64,000 nt of DNA from Octopus sinensis (lineage: Eukaryota). Both the position numbers and the translations under genes were made by a program. Every line of letters begins with the position of its first letter. Positions within the stretch are counted from its first letter, which is position 1. The notes beneath the pieces were generated by a model. The model did not search any database. It was not told the DNA's origin and was given only the letters and a program-made list of their open reading frames with translations. Location of the stretch: positions 116,808,001 through 116,872,000 of the forward strand of contig NC_043003.1 of assembly GCF_006345805.1 (NCBI RefSeq). The letters run 5' to 3'. Positions 24,640-36,690 of the stretch are shown in pieces.

Positions 24640-25030
24640 CATACATACAAACATACATATACGTATATATGTGAGCATGCATGTTTGTTTGAGTACATAC
24701 ATACACACATACATACATACATACATACATACTTACATACATACATACATGCATACATACATACTTACATACATACATACATGCATACATACATACATAA
24801 TACATACATACACACATACATACATACACACATACATACATGCATACACGCATACATACATACATACATACATACATACATACATACATCCATACATACA
24901 TATACATACATACACACATACATACATACATACATACATACATACATACATACATACATACATACATACATACATGCACACACGTACACAACCACACATT
25001 CATTTGCCCGAATGCATGCATATATATATA
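24640..25030. repeat. (CATA)n tetranucleotide array
   Basis: Direct reading. Confidence 0.97.
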
Positions 25031-26178
25031 TATACGCGCACATATACAAACAAAGAGTAAGAGATGTGTGTATATTTCCGAACACTTGTGTATATCCTTG
25101 CATATTTCTACGCTTAGACGTCTTCGAGTGTGTATTTGTGTCCGCGTACGTGTTTTTCTTTGTGACTGTTCCACTGCCTTTATTTATCTCTCTTCGTATT
25201 TTCCCATGCTATACGCCATAAACGCATCCTCATTGTGTGTGTTTATGAATATCTTCTACCTTTCCTCTCTGTCCTATCATTCCCAAGGTGTACGCCATTC
25301 TCTATTGTTGCTATTTTTTCTCATCTCATACAATTAACTCTGCCTCTGGCACAAGAACAGCTCTCTAATAAATTGACTCCTAATGACCTATGCAAGCTTT
25401 ACAGTTTTTGGCACTGGATAATCCATATTTCCACAGGCAAATCTTTACCTATAGAAATTTCGTATTTCTGGATTTGTTTGCCATTCTATTTCTATTGAAT
25501 AGTTTACTAATTCCAGTGTTATGAATAATTTCAAAGGATAGAACATTCTTATAATTATTGATTTCATTCTAGCTCGGCACAACGCCAAACTACGTAGAAG
25601 AGATCTATACATATATTACGACTACGCGATACCCGGGGGCTTTTGATTCTTTACCAACCCTGGGGCACAAAAATCGTAATTCCGATTCCGTTGGAATTTG
25701 AACTCAGAATGTTTCAGAATACATTAAATTTCTAAAGTGCTTGCTTTAATATTTCTTTGCCTAGTTTCATGATTGCGACTGTTATTGTTGGCTATAGTTG
25801 AATGGTACCCCCAGAAATGTTTTGCAAGGTCTGTTCGATCGGCCCTTGGTAGGTTGGAAATTTTTTTTAATTCAATGCCAGAGTCGAACCCATATTTTCT
25901 AACCTACGATTACAACAATATATATGACAGATCATAATGTCAGATATTAAATAAAGGAATTTAAATAAATTAAAGCAATTTCAATATTGAATATTAAAAT
26001 ATTTAATATTGAAATTACTTTAATATCCGTGAAATTAAAACAACTGTAAATAATGCGGTGTTTAACATGCGCGTGCGTGTGCTCATGTGTGCACGTTTAT
26101 ATTATATTATGGTAAACATACATATATATTTATATAATACATATGCATATACATATACATATATATATATTATATATA

Positions 26179-26219
<41 letters not shown>

Positions 26220-26828
26220 TGAATATATATGTATATATATATATATGTATATATATATGATGTGTATATGATATTAATAAATACTGCTGATAAAATTCAA
26301 GAAGGAATCATATTTTGCTGGTTGTGATTTTTTCAGTCACAGAAAGACAGAAGAGCATAATTGAAATCTATGACACTTGTATTGAATCCTTCCTGTAGAT
26401 CTCATTATAAATTGTTTGAAAGTCATTGCATATGATAAGGCTGAGTAGCATATGAGGATATTTTGAAGGAATGGGGGGGGTGATATCTTCTACACTAATT
26501 ATTTCTATATAGAATTTGCAGGTGTAAACGCACCTTAATCTCTGGTATTCACCAGTTATAATGTAGTCCTGAGCTGGGTCTAAATAACGAAGTTACACTC
26601 TCCTTTACGGCAGGTAATGAGTCTAAGACAGATCTAGACAGGACTACACTTCATATCCACAATTTTGATATCACAGATATTTCCTGATATAATGAACCTT
26701 TCTCTTTTCAGTTCCAGCGTGTTCCAAACTAGTTAAACCATTCTTGACTCACAGGAACAACTGTCAGCTCAGAATAACATCTCCTCTCAATTTGTTATTT
26801 TCACTGATGAGTGTTCATGTGGTATGTT

Positions 26829-27063
26829 GCGGCGAGCTGGCAGAAACGTTAGCACGCCGGGCGAAATGCTTAGCGGTATTTCGGCTGCCGTTACGTTGTG
26901 AGTTCAAATTCCGCCGAGGTCGACTTTGCCTTTCATCCTTTCGGAGTCGATAAATTAAGTACCAGTTACGCACTGGGGTCGATGTAAACGACTTAATACC
27001 TATGTCTGTCCTTGTTTGTTCCCTCTGTGTTTAGCCCCTTGTGGGTAGTAAAGAAATAGGTAT
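26829..27063 (+). mobile_element. SINE family B, full length monomer
   Basis: Head GCGGCGAGCTGGCAGAAACGTTAG, body, tail GTGGGTAGTAAAGAAATAGGTAT. Confidence 0.92.
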
Positions 27064-27292
27064 GTTGCTTTCTCCCTGTTGCTACTCAGTATTTTGTCTT
27101 AGAGACAGAGAAAAGTTGTCTGGGTAGGGAAGGTTGTTTGGAGTGGGACTTTGTGGATTCATCACTACACCTAACATAGTCCTGATGTACGTATATCACT
27201 GTCGTTGTGGCACTTCCCGCTGGCGTTTTTTATTCATGTCCAAGCGTAGATGTGGCGCTGTTGTACGACGTTTTCTTCCCAACAACATTTCT

Positions 27293-27440
27293 TCTACAGC
27301 GTCGGGACGTTCAAAGCCTTGCGATTGGATTTGGTAGGCAGACACCGAAGGACGCTCGATCGGCTAAAAATATTTGAAGGCGGTGCTCCAGCATAGCTAA
27401 GGTTTATTAATTGAAACAAATAACATATGAAAGATAAAAT
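27293..27440 (+). mobile_element. SINE A, internally deleted and diverged
   Basis: AAAGCCTTG.GA.TGGATTTGGTAG joined to GAAGGCGGTGCTCCAGCAT. Confidence 0.6.
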
Positions 27441-27778
27441 ATCTAGGTTCTGTGGTAATCAAGATCATTGCCAGGACAAATAAACTGCTGATCGTTTCAT
27501 ATATCTAGGCGATCAGAACCAATTTTCTCATTTGGAATTGTACTAAGAAGGTGTTATGGGATTTGGTTAGATTGAATGTTGACAGATTTACATTCCGAAG
27601 TCTGATGGCTAATTTCTTTGCCAGGCTAACTTTAATCTCAGCATTAACAGATGCAATATTCTTAGCCAATCTTTGTTTGTTGTAGCATTCTCAGGAAAGG
27701 TCATTGATATCCGTATTCTTTATATGGTCAATAATCTTATTTTGACTGAACACTTACAGCTCAATTTCTTGGTAACAT

Positions 27779-28086
27779 TTGTTTGTTCCTTCTCGAGCTA
27801 AGCCTGGCTCATAAGGGCCGATTTCCCGGTTTCCTTGGCGTATAGGTTCCTCACCTGGACGGGACGCCGGTCCGTCGCCGGTGAGCTGCAAGATGGAGGA
27901 GGAAAGAGTGAGAGAAAGTTGTGGCGAAAGAGTCAGCAGAAGTTTCGCCATTACCTTCTGCCGGAGCCGCGTGGAACTTTGGTGTTTCGCTCATAAACAC
28001 ACACACATCGCCCGGTCTGAGATTCGAACCCGCATCCCTCGACCGCATGTCCGCTGCTCTAAACACTAGGACATGTGCCCCCACTT
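27779..28086 (-). mobile_element. SINE family C-related, tail type 3, with 10-bp TSD
   Basis: tRNA-like head with GGTTCGAATCTC; body GAGCGAAACACC.AAG.TCCACG.GGCTCCGGCAG...CCACAACTTTCTCTCACTCTTT; distinct tail ...GGAAACCGGG...GAAGGAACAAAC; TSD TTGGTAACAT at 27769-27778 and 28087-28096. Confidence 0.9.
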
Positions 28087-28372
28087 TTGGTAACATGAAT
28101 ATTACTTAAACACAACTTCAGATCATCGGCAGATGTGTATGGGTAACTTAAATTTCCTCTTTTCTGCAGACCTTATCATTTATCTCTGGCAAAACTAAAG
28201 AGCTCTAACAAAGCGTTCACTGCTAAGACGGGCATAATCACAGTCACGTGGTCAATCTGCACAAAGGCATTCAAGCAACAGCTTAAGCAATAACATTTAA
28301 GACCGACGTGAAACTATAGTTTGTTCGACGCGTTGCATTCCTCATAGACTCTAGCTTTGTATGTGCAATACT

Positions 28373-28705
28373 CCGATCATTTCGGTTTGAACGGCTGTTT
28401 TTTTCTAGCGGTGTCATATGAAATTGTCACCCATAATTATGACCCTAGTATCGATCTATTGCATTTCAATCTGTTTTAGGCTTAGGGTTAGTTAGGGTTA
28501 GGGTTAGGGTTAGACGTAATTGATTCGTTGAAATTGCAGAAATTGAAGAAAATGACAATAAATATCTTACAAACTATTGGATTTCCTCAATAAAGCCAAG
28601 AGAAAAAGATGTTTTATAAACACATTCTACCAGTATACAAAGTTTAAAATTTTTTAGTTACCTACAAATTATTTTAGAAACTGCCGTTCAAACCGAAAAG
28701 ATCCC
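28373..28705 (-). mobile_element. TTAGGG-containing MITE, copy 2 (internal deletion)
   Basis: Same TIRs as 7108; (TTAGGG)n about 28476-28513; near-TSD AATACT/AATACC. Confidence 0.88.
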
Positions 28706-29137
28706 AATACCCAGCTAATCTGGAACATTAAGTTCTGCGTTCAGCAATTTTAAACAGGTTTATGAGTTTCCACCAGCCAACAATGATTTTCCTTTCGCTA
28801 GTTTTGCATGCAGTCTCACAAAATTTTACTGATGATGTCATATTTGACCAGAAACGTTTACACTGTGTGATGTGTTTATGTATGCGTACGTTATTATTTA
28901 GTTTTTTTTTTCTCTTTCTGAAATTTCTTACCAATGCTGAAAAAGCCAGTTTCTAACTTCGACCCAAGGTCCCTTCGTTGGAATTTCAACAACAGCAGTA
29001 GGATGGCTATACATGTTTGCCTGTGTGTATATGTGCAGGTATTTGCTGTCAGTGCATGTACAGATCTGTCTCATAGTTACATGTGTATATATATGTATGT
29101 ATGTATTTATGTGTATGTGTATGCGTGTGTGAGTGTG

Positions 29138-29175
<38 letters not shown>

Positions 29176-30106
29176 TGTGTGTGTGAGTGTATCGTGCAAT
29201 TCAACTTGCACACGAATAGATTCTTTCAAAATATTATTGTTCCTTGTTTGGAACTAAACATCCATTGTATCAGTTATATGATATTCTCTGTTTCTACAGT
29301 GTGATATTCAACCTGATGTCGGCAGTCAACAAAGCATACGTAAATGTGTTCGAAAGCAGTGAAGGATATTCTAGAGGCTATGGACAACATCTGGTTTAAA
29401 TTTTAACTGAAAGAGAAATAGATATTTCCTTGTAGTTGCCCTCGGCATTTATTTCATACAACAAATGGTTTAGGAGTTATACCAGAATGTCTACCGAAAC
29501 TAAGGCTTTTAAAATTGAACATTTGCTGATGAAATACATAGCAATAACCCGGCACCTGAACTGGATTTCATTCCAAACGTTTACACCAGTAGCACAATCT
29601 AATAGACAGGTAATAAATATGGTTCCACCACCCAAGTAATGACTGAAACATTTACCAAACCTTCGAAGCATTCATCTCAATGTTTTCTCTTTCCTATGAA
29701 GAACCTAACCTTCCATATCTGGTTTGTAATTACTAAAGTGCATCAGATCAAGTCTAAAGCTCAAACGTGCTAACTTTAAGCAATAATGATGTCCTCTGCA
29801 GTTTAAGAGAGCCTAAAAATATCAAAGCCATTATCTCTTTCTGCTCTGCTCTCTAACTAAATAAAAGATATTCCAGTGTTAGTTAGATTAAGTGAAATCT
29901 CATTTAATTTCAAAGGATTTATTTTCCATTTATTCTTCGTTACTATTGAACATTATTTGAAACATCTAAATCACATTAGCAAAGAGACTAATTAAATTAG
30001 AGTGGAATCTTGCCTGAGAGCCTGTTGTCCCATTTCTACGCAATTATAAACATCACATCGGAATCAGTGCCGAAACAATAACTCCAGCATTCATATTTAT
30101 GCATTC

Positions 30107-30145
<39 letters not shown>

Positions 30146-30475
30146 TATGTATGTATGTGTGTGTGTGTGTGTGTCTGTGTATTTGTATATTTATAATGTA
30201 TTTGTATATATATGTATATATATATCTACATCTATATATATATATGTATATATATATATATTTATACATATATACATATATATACATATTTATATACATA
30301 CATACATTTATACATGCAGTTGTATATGTATATTACATACATATATATACATATATATGAATGTATTATATATGTATAAATTATATATTACATATACATA
30401 TACATGCATATTTACATGCAGGTGTATATATATATATATATATATATATACACAAATATGTATATGTATATACAA

Positions 30476-30509
<34 letters not shown>

Positions 30510-30807
30510 CAATGCATAAACACATATGTATATGGTTGTGCTTGACTGTGCATGTGTGTGTGTGTGTGAAGTCGAAGCAAAACTTTACGAGCAACCTTTA
30601 GCAATTTCGATAGTGTCGTATCACATGAAGGGGCTTTAATGTTAACGCTTCGTAAAATTCTGGAAAGTTCCCATAAAGAGGAAGAAATTCCATGTGCAGA
30701 ATATCACTGGGGATCATGGGATTCTTCTTGGCAGGAAAATCCCCGAAATACGGACGTCGCTAGAGACGGTATTTCACCCGATTTCTCACGAATATTTATA
30801 CAGATAT

Positions 30808-31122
30808 TTATCTTTTGTCTTCTGTTCGAATCATTAGACTGTGCCCATGCTGGGGCAACGCCTTGAAAAGTATTTAGTTGAATGTATCGACCTCATGTAC
30901 TTATTTGTTTTAAACCGGGTACTTTATCGGAATATTTTGCCGAAGCGCTAAGTTATGCAGACGTATGTACACCAGCAGCGGTTCTCAAGCGGTGGCAGGA
31001 AAGACAAGCACTGCCACAAACACACATATATACATACATACAATGCATATGCACATATATATACATGTTTATATTATATATATATATAGTATATAGATAT
31101 ATGTATTATATATATATATGTA

Positions 31123-31161
<39 letters not shown>

Positions 31162-31395
31162 TAATATATAAACATATATATGTAACGGCGGTGCATCAGC
31201 ATGGCCGCAGCTCTGAGCTGAAACAAGAAAAACGATATACGACGGGTTTCTCTCAGTTTCCGCCAACCAAATCCTCTCACAAGAATTTGGTCGACCCGGA
31301 GCTATAGTAAAAGACACTTCCCGAAGGTACCACACCGTAGTACTGAACCCTGAGTCATGGATTTCGGAGGCAAAGTTCTTACCCAACAGTCACAA
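30808..31395 (-). mobile_element. SINE family A with expanded internal microsatellite and nested opposite-strand tail fragment
   Basis: 3' half 30808-31020, 5' half about 31235-31395; plus-strand GGCGGTGCATCAGCATGGCCGCAG...GAAACAAG at about 31185-31232. Confidence 0.8.
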
Positions 31396-31548
31396 TATTT
31401 GCAAACATTATTAAAAGCTTTCAATGCTGAGATAACCAAGCAATGTTATTATTCAACTCTACTTTATATAACTTCAACATATTAGAGGCTCTGCAGCCAA
31501 ACACGACGGGGTGGAAGGAGACCAATAGTTCTTTTTTACATAATAATT

Positions 31549-31825
31549 ATCACGTGATCATGTGATCGAGCAGACTATTGCATGTCGTTATACATCGCTG
31601 GTCACAATGCGCTTTGCATCGTTTTAGCTTACGACTGATACCGTTTCGCTGGCTGGGCGAGCAGGTCAACTGTTACCCTGATTGGAAGGCTAGACCGTTC
31701 CAAGGTTACTCTTTTGTAGTTCAGTGGACTGCCGCAACAGTAAATGATGCGTTTGGCCGAAGGTATGGGAATCGAAACCACGAACTCATGATTGTAATAT
31801 GCCTAACCTCCAACTCACGCGCTTT
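31549..31825 (-). mobile_element. tRNA-SINE with family-C tail type 1 but a different body
   Basis: Minus strand: GTGGTTTCGATTCCC head, unrelated middle, then GCATTGTGACCAGCGATGT...ATCAC(A/G)TGATCACGTGAT. Confidence 0.75.
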
Positions 31826-32174
31826 CACACATAATATATGTAAATTAATACTTACAATACATAATAATTACTTATAATATTATCACAAAGTAATGGCTAC
31901 AAGATAAATCTAATTACAACAATAAAATACGCATTTTTAACGTGGTAATAAAACTCTATCACGGTACTATAGAATTTGAGGTTATAGAAAGATAAAAAAA
32001 ATAGATCATTGATGATCGATGCGTAAACGTGAGGGAAGGCGAAGTTTCTATTCCTTATTTCGACCCGGTTTTGCAATTTACCCTTTTCTGGTATCGTTGG
32101 AGATTCCTGTTTTCCATTCAGTTAGTACATCTTGAAATATATGTGGACGTTTATATATATATATATATATATAC

Positions 32175-32380
32175 AGTTAAAATTTATAGAAAAGCAAAAG
32201 AAGGAGACAGGTGGAGGAACAAGAAGCAAATACATTGATTTGACGCTCGGAAAAAGTAAAAAAATCTTTTAAGTTTCGAGCCTACGCTCTTTAACAGAGA
32301 GGAATAGGATAAAATAAACAAAGAGAGAGAGAGAGAGTGAAAAACTTATAGATTTCAGCGGTACATATACACTCCCACAC
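32175..32380 (-). mobile_element. PLE pseudo-LTR-like element with decayed hammerhead-like motif (32265-32300)
   Basis: Abuts (TA)n; minus strand CUGUUAA-A-GAGC-GUAG-GCUC-GAAAC-UU-A-AAAGA; layout parallels 15340-15520. Confidence 0.55.
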
Positions 32381-32740
32381 ACATACACACGCACACACAC
32401 ACACACACACAATCTTTATCAGGCGATATATTGCATAAATTTGTTTACTTAGAAACATGTTTTCATTTGCCTTCCGTGTGTGTGGCCTTGTTTGTAAACA
32501 AGTCCCCAGAATAAATATTTCACTTTCTTCTTGTGTTCATACATTCTACTTATATCCTAGATTTTATTGATATTTCGAGATTATTATCTTCTACGCGAAT
32601 ATCTTACCAGCATGTTATCCTTGTTGGCAATACTGGATACTATTCAAGTATAAGAAATGTGCCTATAAAATCCTTAAAATATACGAAATGGCCTCGTTTG
32701 GAATGTTTTCCTCATCACTATATATATATATATACATATT

Positions 32741-32808
<68 letters not shown>

Positions 32809-32833
32809 TAGATATACATACATAATATAGATA

Positions 32834-32882
<49 letters not shown>

Positions 32883-32892
<10 letters not shown>

Positions 32893-33541
32893 TCACAATA
32901 AGAGTGAAAAAAATTTAATATTAATTAATACATCAATTTAAAACACCAAGTGGCCTAGCGTAAAAAAACTGTGATACAGTAAAAATTATTAATACAAGTA
33001 ATAAGAGAGGGACCACATGTGGTCCCTCTAACGCTAGAAATAGATCCGCAAAGGGAATCCACCACTAAAGAATTGTTCTCAAGCATGAATTCAACACGCC
33101 AAGAATGTAAGCGGGCAGGACAAATGAAAAATAACGAAAAAATGGATAACTCTATACAATTGTTTCATCGTTAATAGATTGTGTAATTTTACTTACAAAT
33201 CATTTTCGAATCATCGGTAGAGTATATCAAAAATATATTTTGCAGAACCAAACGCCAAAATCCATACGAAGCCGAGCAAAGGCCACGGCACAGCTGATTA
33301 TACTTGCAGTTACGTTCAAATATCCTCATTTTTGGCGCGTTAAAAATACCGGATGTAAATACTACCCCAGTAATTTACTGCCGGTTTGAGAACATATTAA
33401 TTTATAATTAAAATCAAAATAAGAGTGAAATCACAATAAGAAGTTGAATTAATGCTTGAGAACAATTCTTTAGTGGTGGATTCCCTTTGCAGATCTATTT
33501 CTAGCGCTAGAGTGACCACATGTGGTCCCTCTCTTATTACT

Positions 33542-33546
<5 letters not shown>
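32883..33546 (-). mobile_element. PLE-like non-autonomous insertion: partial tandem plus inverted end, flanked by (TA)n
   Basis: Direct repeat ATAATTAAAATCA.AATAAGAGTGAAA at 32883 and about 33405; inverted ~100-bp arms 32993-33097 / 33446-33546 containing palindrome AGAGGGACCACATGTGGTCCCTCT; HHR at 33149-33223. Confidence 0.7.
33149..33223 (-). ncRNA. Type I hammerhead-like motif, CCGAUGA core, long stem II
   Basis: Stem I ACUCUA/UAGAGU, core CCGAUGA, GAAAC, palindromic stem III ACAAUUGU, GUA site; stem II closing pair U-U. Confidence 0.6.
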
Positions 33547-33574
<28 letters not shown>

Positions 33575-33589
33575 ATATATACATATACA

Positions 33590-33810
33590 TATGTGACCTC
33601 GTGAGTACCACTGGCGATTTTTTTCCTCTGTCTTCCCTTCTCGGGATCTTTCCTTCTCCTATGTTTCCGACGAAGAGCTCCGCTCGAAACGTTAAACCCT
33701 CCTTCTTCCCTTCTTTCCTGAGCATCCAATAATACTTTATTTGTTCCGCGTCCTCGCGTTGTTGTGTTTTTTTTTTGTTTTTTTGTGTTTTCTTGTTTGG
33801 ATCAACTATA
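33590..33810 (+). mobile_element. Short PLE pseudo-LTR-like element between (TA)n tracts
   Basis: Homologous to 15340-15520; ends CTTGTTTGGATCAAC(TA)n. Confidence 0.72.
33663..33697 (+). ncRNA. Minimal type I hammerhead-like motif (U4C core variant)
   Basis: GUUU-CCGACGA-A-GAGC-UCC-GCUC-GAAAC-GU-U-AAAC. Confidence 0.6.
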
Positions 33811-33835
33811 TATATATATGTATATATAATATTTA

Positions 33836-34590
33836 TAATTAATAAATATAAGGGTAGCAAAAAAATTCTAGAAAAAATTCTCCGCTACCAGCGTTCTAGT
33901 GAGAAAGAAAAGATAGTCAAAGACTATCTAATATACATTCAACAATATAAGGAATGGCCCTGATAGGCCATTCGACTCACTAGAAAGAGCAGCCAAACTC
34001 AAACCGCTAAATAGTTGTAATTCTGAAATTGGAAGAGAAATAAAAACATTTACCCTTTTCATCTCTGGACTATGCATAGTTTCGGCAAACTTTGGTAAAC
34101 AAATTAATTAAATTAAATTAAATTTGCTTACAACTGGCGTGTCTCATCAGCAGAGAAGCCTAGGACGAGAATATGTCCACGAGGCTACAGCAAGGAAGCC
34201 TCAAGCCTATATGCTCTAAATTTTCAAAATCCAACGCTACCGCGCGGTTTTCTCGGGGGAAAATATAAACTGCTGATTAAATTTCAAAATTAGCTAAAAA
34301 AATCATTAATTAATAAATATAAGGGTATCAAAAAAATTCTCCGCTACCAGCGGTCTAGTGACAGAGAAAAGATAGTCAAAGACTATCTAATATACATTCA
34401 ACAATATAAGGAATGGCCCTGATAGGCCATTCGACTCACTAGAAAGAACAGCCAAACTCAAGCCGCTAAATAGTTGTAATTCTGAAATTGGAAGAGAAAT
34501 AAAAACATTTACCCTTTTCGGTTTGAGTTTGGCTGCTCTTTCTAGTGAGTCGAATGGCTTATCAGGGCATTCCTTATATTGTTGAATATA
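33836..34590 (-). mobile_element. HHR-bearing partial tandem (459-bp period) with inverted end, flanked by (TA)n
   Basis: Direct repeats 33836-34060 and 34307-34519; inverted partial copy 34520-34590; hammerhead at 34062-34156 directly beside repeat 1. Confidence 0.8.
34062..34156 (-). ncRNA. Type I hammerhead ribozyme, complete core
   Basis: Stem I UCUCUG/CAGAGA, CUGAUGA, stem II G(A)CA/UGCC extended by GUAAGCAAAUU/AAUUUGUUUAC, GAAAC, palindromic stem III ACUAUGCAUAGU, GUC cleavage triplet (cut between 34068 and 34067). Confidence 0.8.
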
Positions 34591-34618
34591 TATATATATA
34601 TGTATATTATATATATAT

Positions 34619-34650
<32 letters not shown>

Positions 34651-35392
34651 CAGTCGCCATGATAGATCGGTAGCCACTAAACACATTTTTCTCTCCTTGT
34701 TTCTCATGTGGCGCAAAGAAGCGAAGAGAGAAGATTAATTCCCCTTCACTGCGGAGGCGTGAGTCCGGATGTCCCCTGTGCAAAGGCATTCCGAACACAG
34801 ACAGGTGTTGTAGTGAATAACCAGTAGAGCAGATGTGGCGCGAAACCGGGGTGTCATTGCCGAGTTTTAACTCGACTCGAACCTTTGTCTGTGATTGACT
34901 TGGAATTCATGAGGCACAACCGTGTCAAACACTGCCTGAGAATAAACTAAATGCAACAGATATCTGCGGAGTACTCAGCCAAGCACACGTGGTATTAGGA
35001 GCAGTGATTTCAATTGATTGAGCAACTAATAGGTGTGTGTCTCGCTGTGCGTATTTACATATACCCATGTACACACACATACACACACAAACATATACAC
35101 ACATACTCACACACGTACTCACATGCGCGCGTGCGCACACACTCACATGAACGCGCGCTCACACTCACACATTGAATGAAATTTTATGGAATTAAGATGA
35201 CGTAAGGTTTACCCTGTAGACTTACTTTTAAATAAAATCTTATTTGTCAACTTTTACCAGCTAATATGTGCAGAGAGAATTATGCGGATATTTCAGAATT
35301 ATTATTATTTTCTTTTGTAATGAATATTAATAAGTTATTTTCAATCTAGAATGAAAATTTCACCAATGCAAACAAAATTATATTAGGTGTTT

Positions 35393-35682
35393 ACGCGTGC
35401 TTGTGTGAGTCTATGTATGGTTATGTGTATTTGCGGATGTATTGCGTGTTTGGAGATATGTGACACTGTGTGTTTGGAGATATGAAACCCTGTGTGTGTG
35501 TGTGTGTGTCTGTGCGTGCTTGTGTTAGTCTATGTATGGGTATGTGTGTTTGCGTATATGTTGTGTGTTTGGAGATATGTAACTCTATGTGTGTGTGTGT
35601 GTATGTGTCTGTGCGTGCTTGTATTAGTCTATGTATAGGTATGTGTGTTTGCGTATATGTTGTGTGTTTGGAGATATGTAAC

Positions 35683-35713
<31 letters not shown>

Positions 35714-35792
35714 CTGTGCGTGCTTGTGTTAGTCTATGTATGGGTATGTGTGTTTGCGTATATGTTGTGTGTTTGGAGATATGAAACTCTAT

Positions 35793-35826
<34 letters not shown>

Positions 35827-35945
35827 CTGTGTGTGCTTGTGTTAGTCTATGTATGGGTATGTGTGTTTGCGCATATGTTGTGTGTTTGGAGATATGTAAC
35901 TCTATGTGTGTATGTGTGTGTGTGTGTGTGTGTGTGTCAGTGTTT
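35393..35945 (+). repeat. ~100-bp minisatellite x5-6 with variable (TG)n spacer
   Basis: Unit core GTGCTTGTGTTAGTCTATGTATGGGTATGTGTGTTTGCGTATATGTTGTGTGTTTGGAGATATGTAACTCT. Confidence 0.92.
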
Positions 35946-36451
35946 GTGTGCGCGTGCAATGTCCGTTATGCTATGTTTAGATTCATTTCCATAATTATAT
36001 TAAAGCAACTCAATGTTATGTATTAAAATTGGATTTCAGAAAATTATTTATTTTCCAATTCGATCCAAATATATTTCTGATCAACGGACATGATGCATTA
36101 AATTAATTCTATATGACAAAATTTTCGAAGTGTTTATATTTCGTATCCATAGAATAACTCGTTACAGTTGCTGTTTAGCCTCGGGTTAATTTTCTCAATG
36201 AGTTAGGTGTTAAAATCCACTGCGATTCCGTTAAGCTACCAGCTTTTTAAGGTAGAAAATTTAAAATCTTATTAAAAACTAAAATCTGAAATCCGTTTAA
36301 AAGTCGGGCTGTGTTTTTTTTCACTCTACAACAAAAGATAAAATATGAAACTATAAAACTTACACTTCTCGCGGCAAATATACATTAAAAAGCTTCAGCT
36401 TCCTCAGATATAAATTGCATATTTGCTAAACCTACCTCGATGGCTGGGATG

Positions 36452-36690
36452 TACGTGGCCTATCGGTTAGAGATGTTGCGGTCAGGGTTGTGAGACCGTG
36501 GTTTCGATTCCCAGATTGGTTAGTGGTTTGTGTTCTTGAGGAAAACCCTTCTTTTCTCACTGCCGCCTTAGTCTACCCAGATGTAAATGAATTCCAATAA
36601 TAGCTAGGAAGACTGTTGTCCCGTTCAGGGAAGATGTAATCTCAGACACTAAATAAATCATGGAAACCGAGTAAAGCCCCCGCTTTATAA
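36452..36690 (+). mobile_element. Old tRNA-SINE with CORE-like middle
   Basis: GTGGCCTATCGGTTAG...GGTTTCGATTCCC, then GTGTTCTTGAG...CTACCCAGATGTAAATGA, and a GTCCCGTTCAGGG...GGAAACCG tail similar to tail type 3. Confidence 0.6.

Noticed and set aside
29300-29640. Possible host exons with AG/GT boundaries and an LRR-like peptide (ECLPKLRLLKLNIC)
   Set aside because: The LRR-like frame stops immediately, no recognisable domain in the open frame, and no neighbouring exons to chain.
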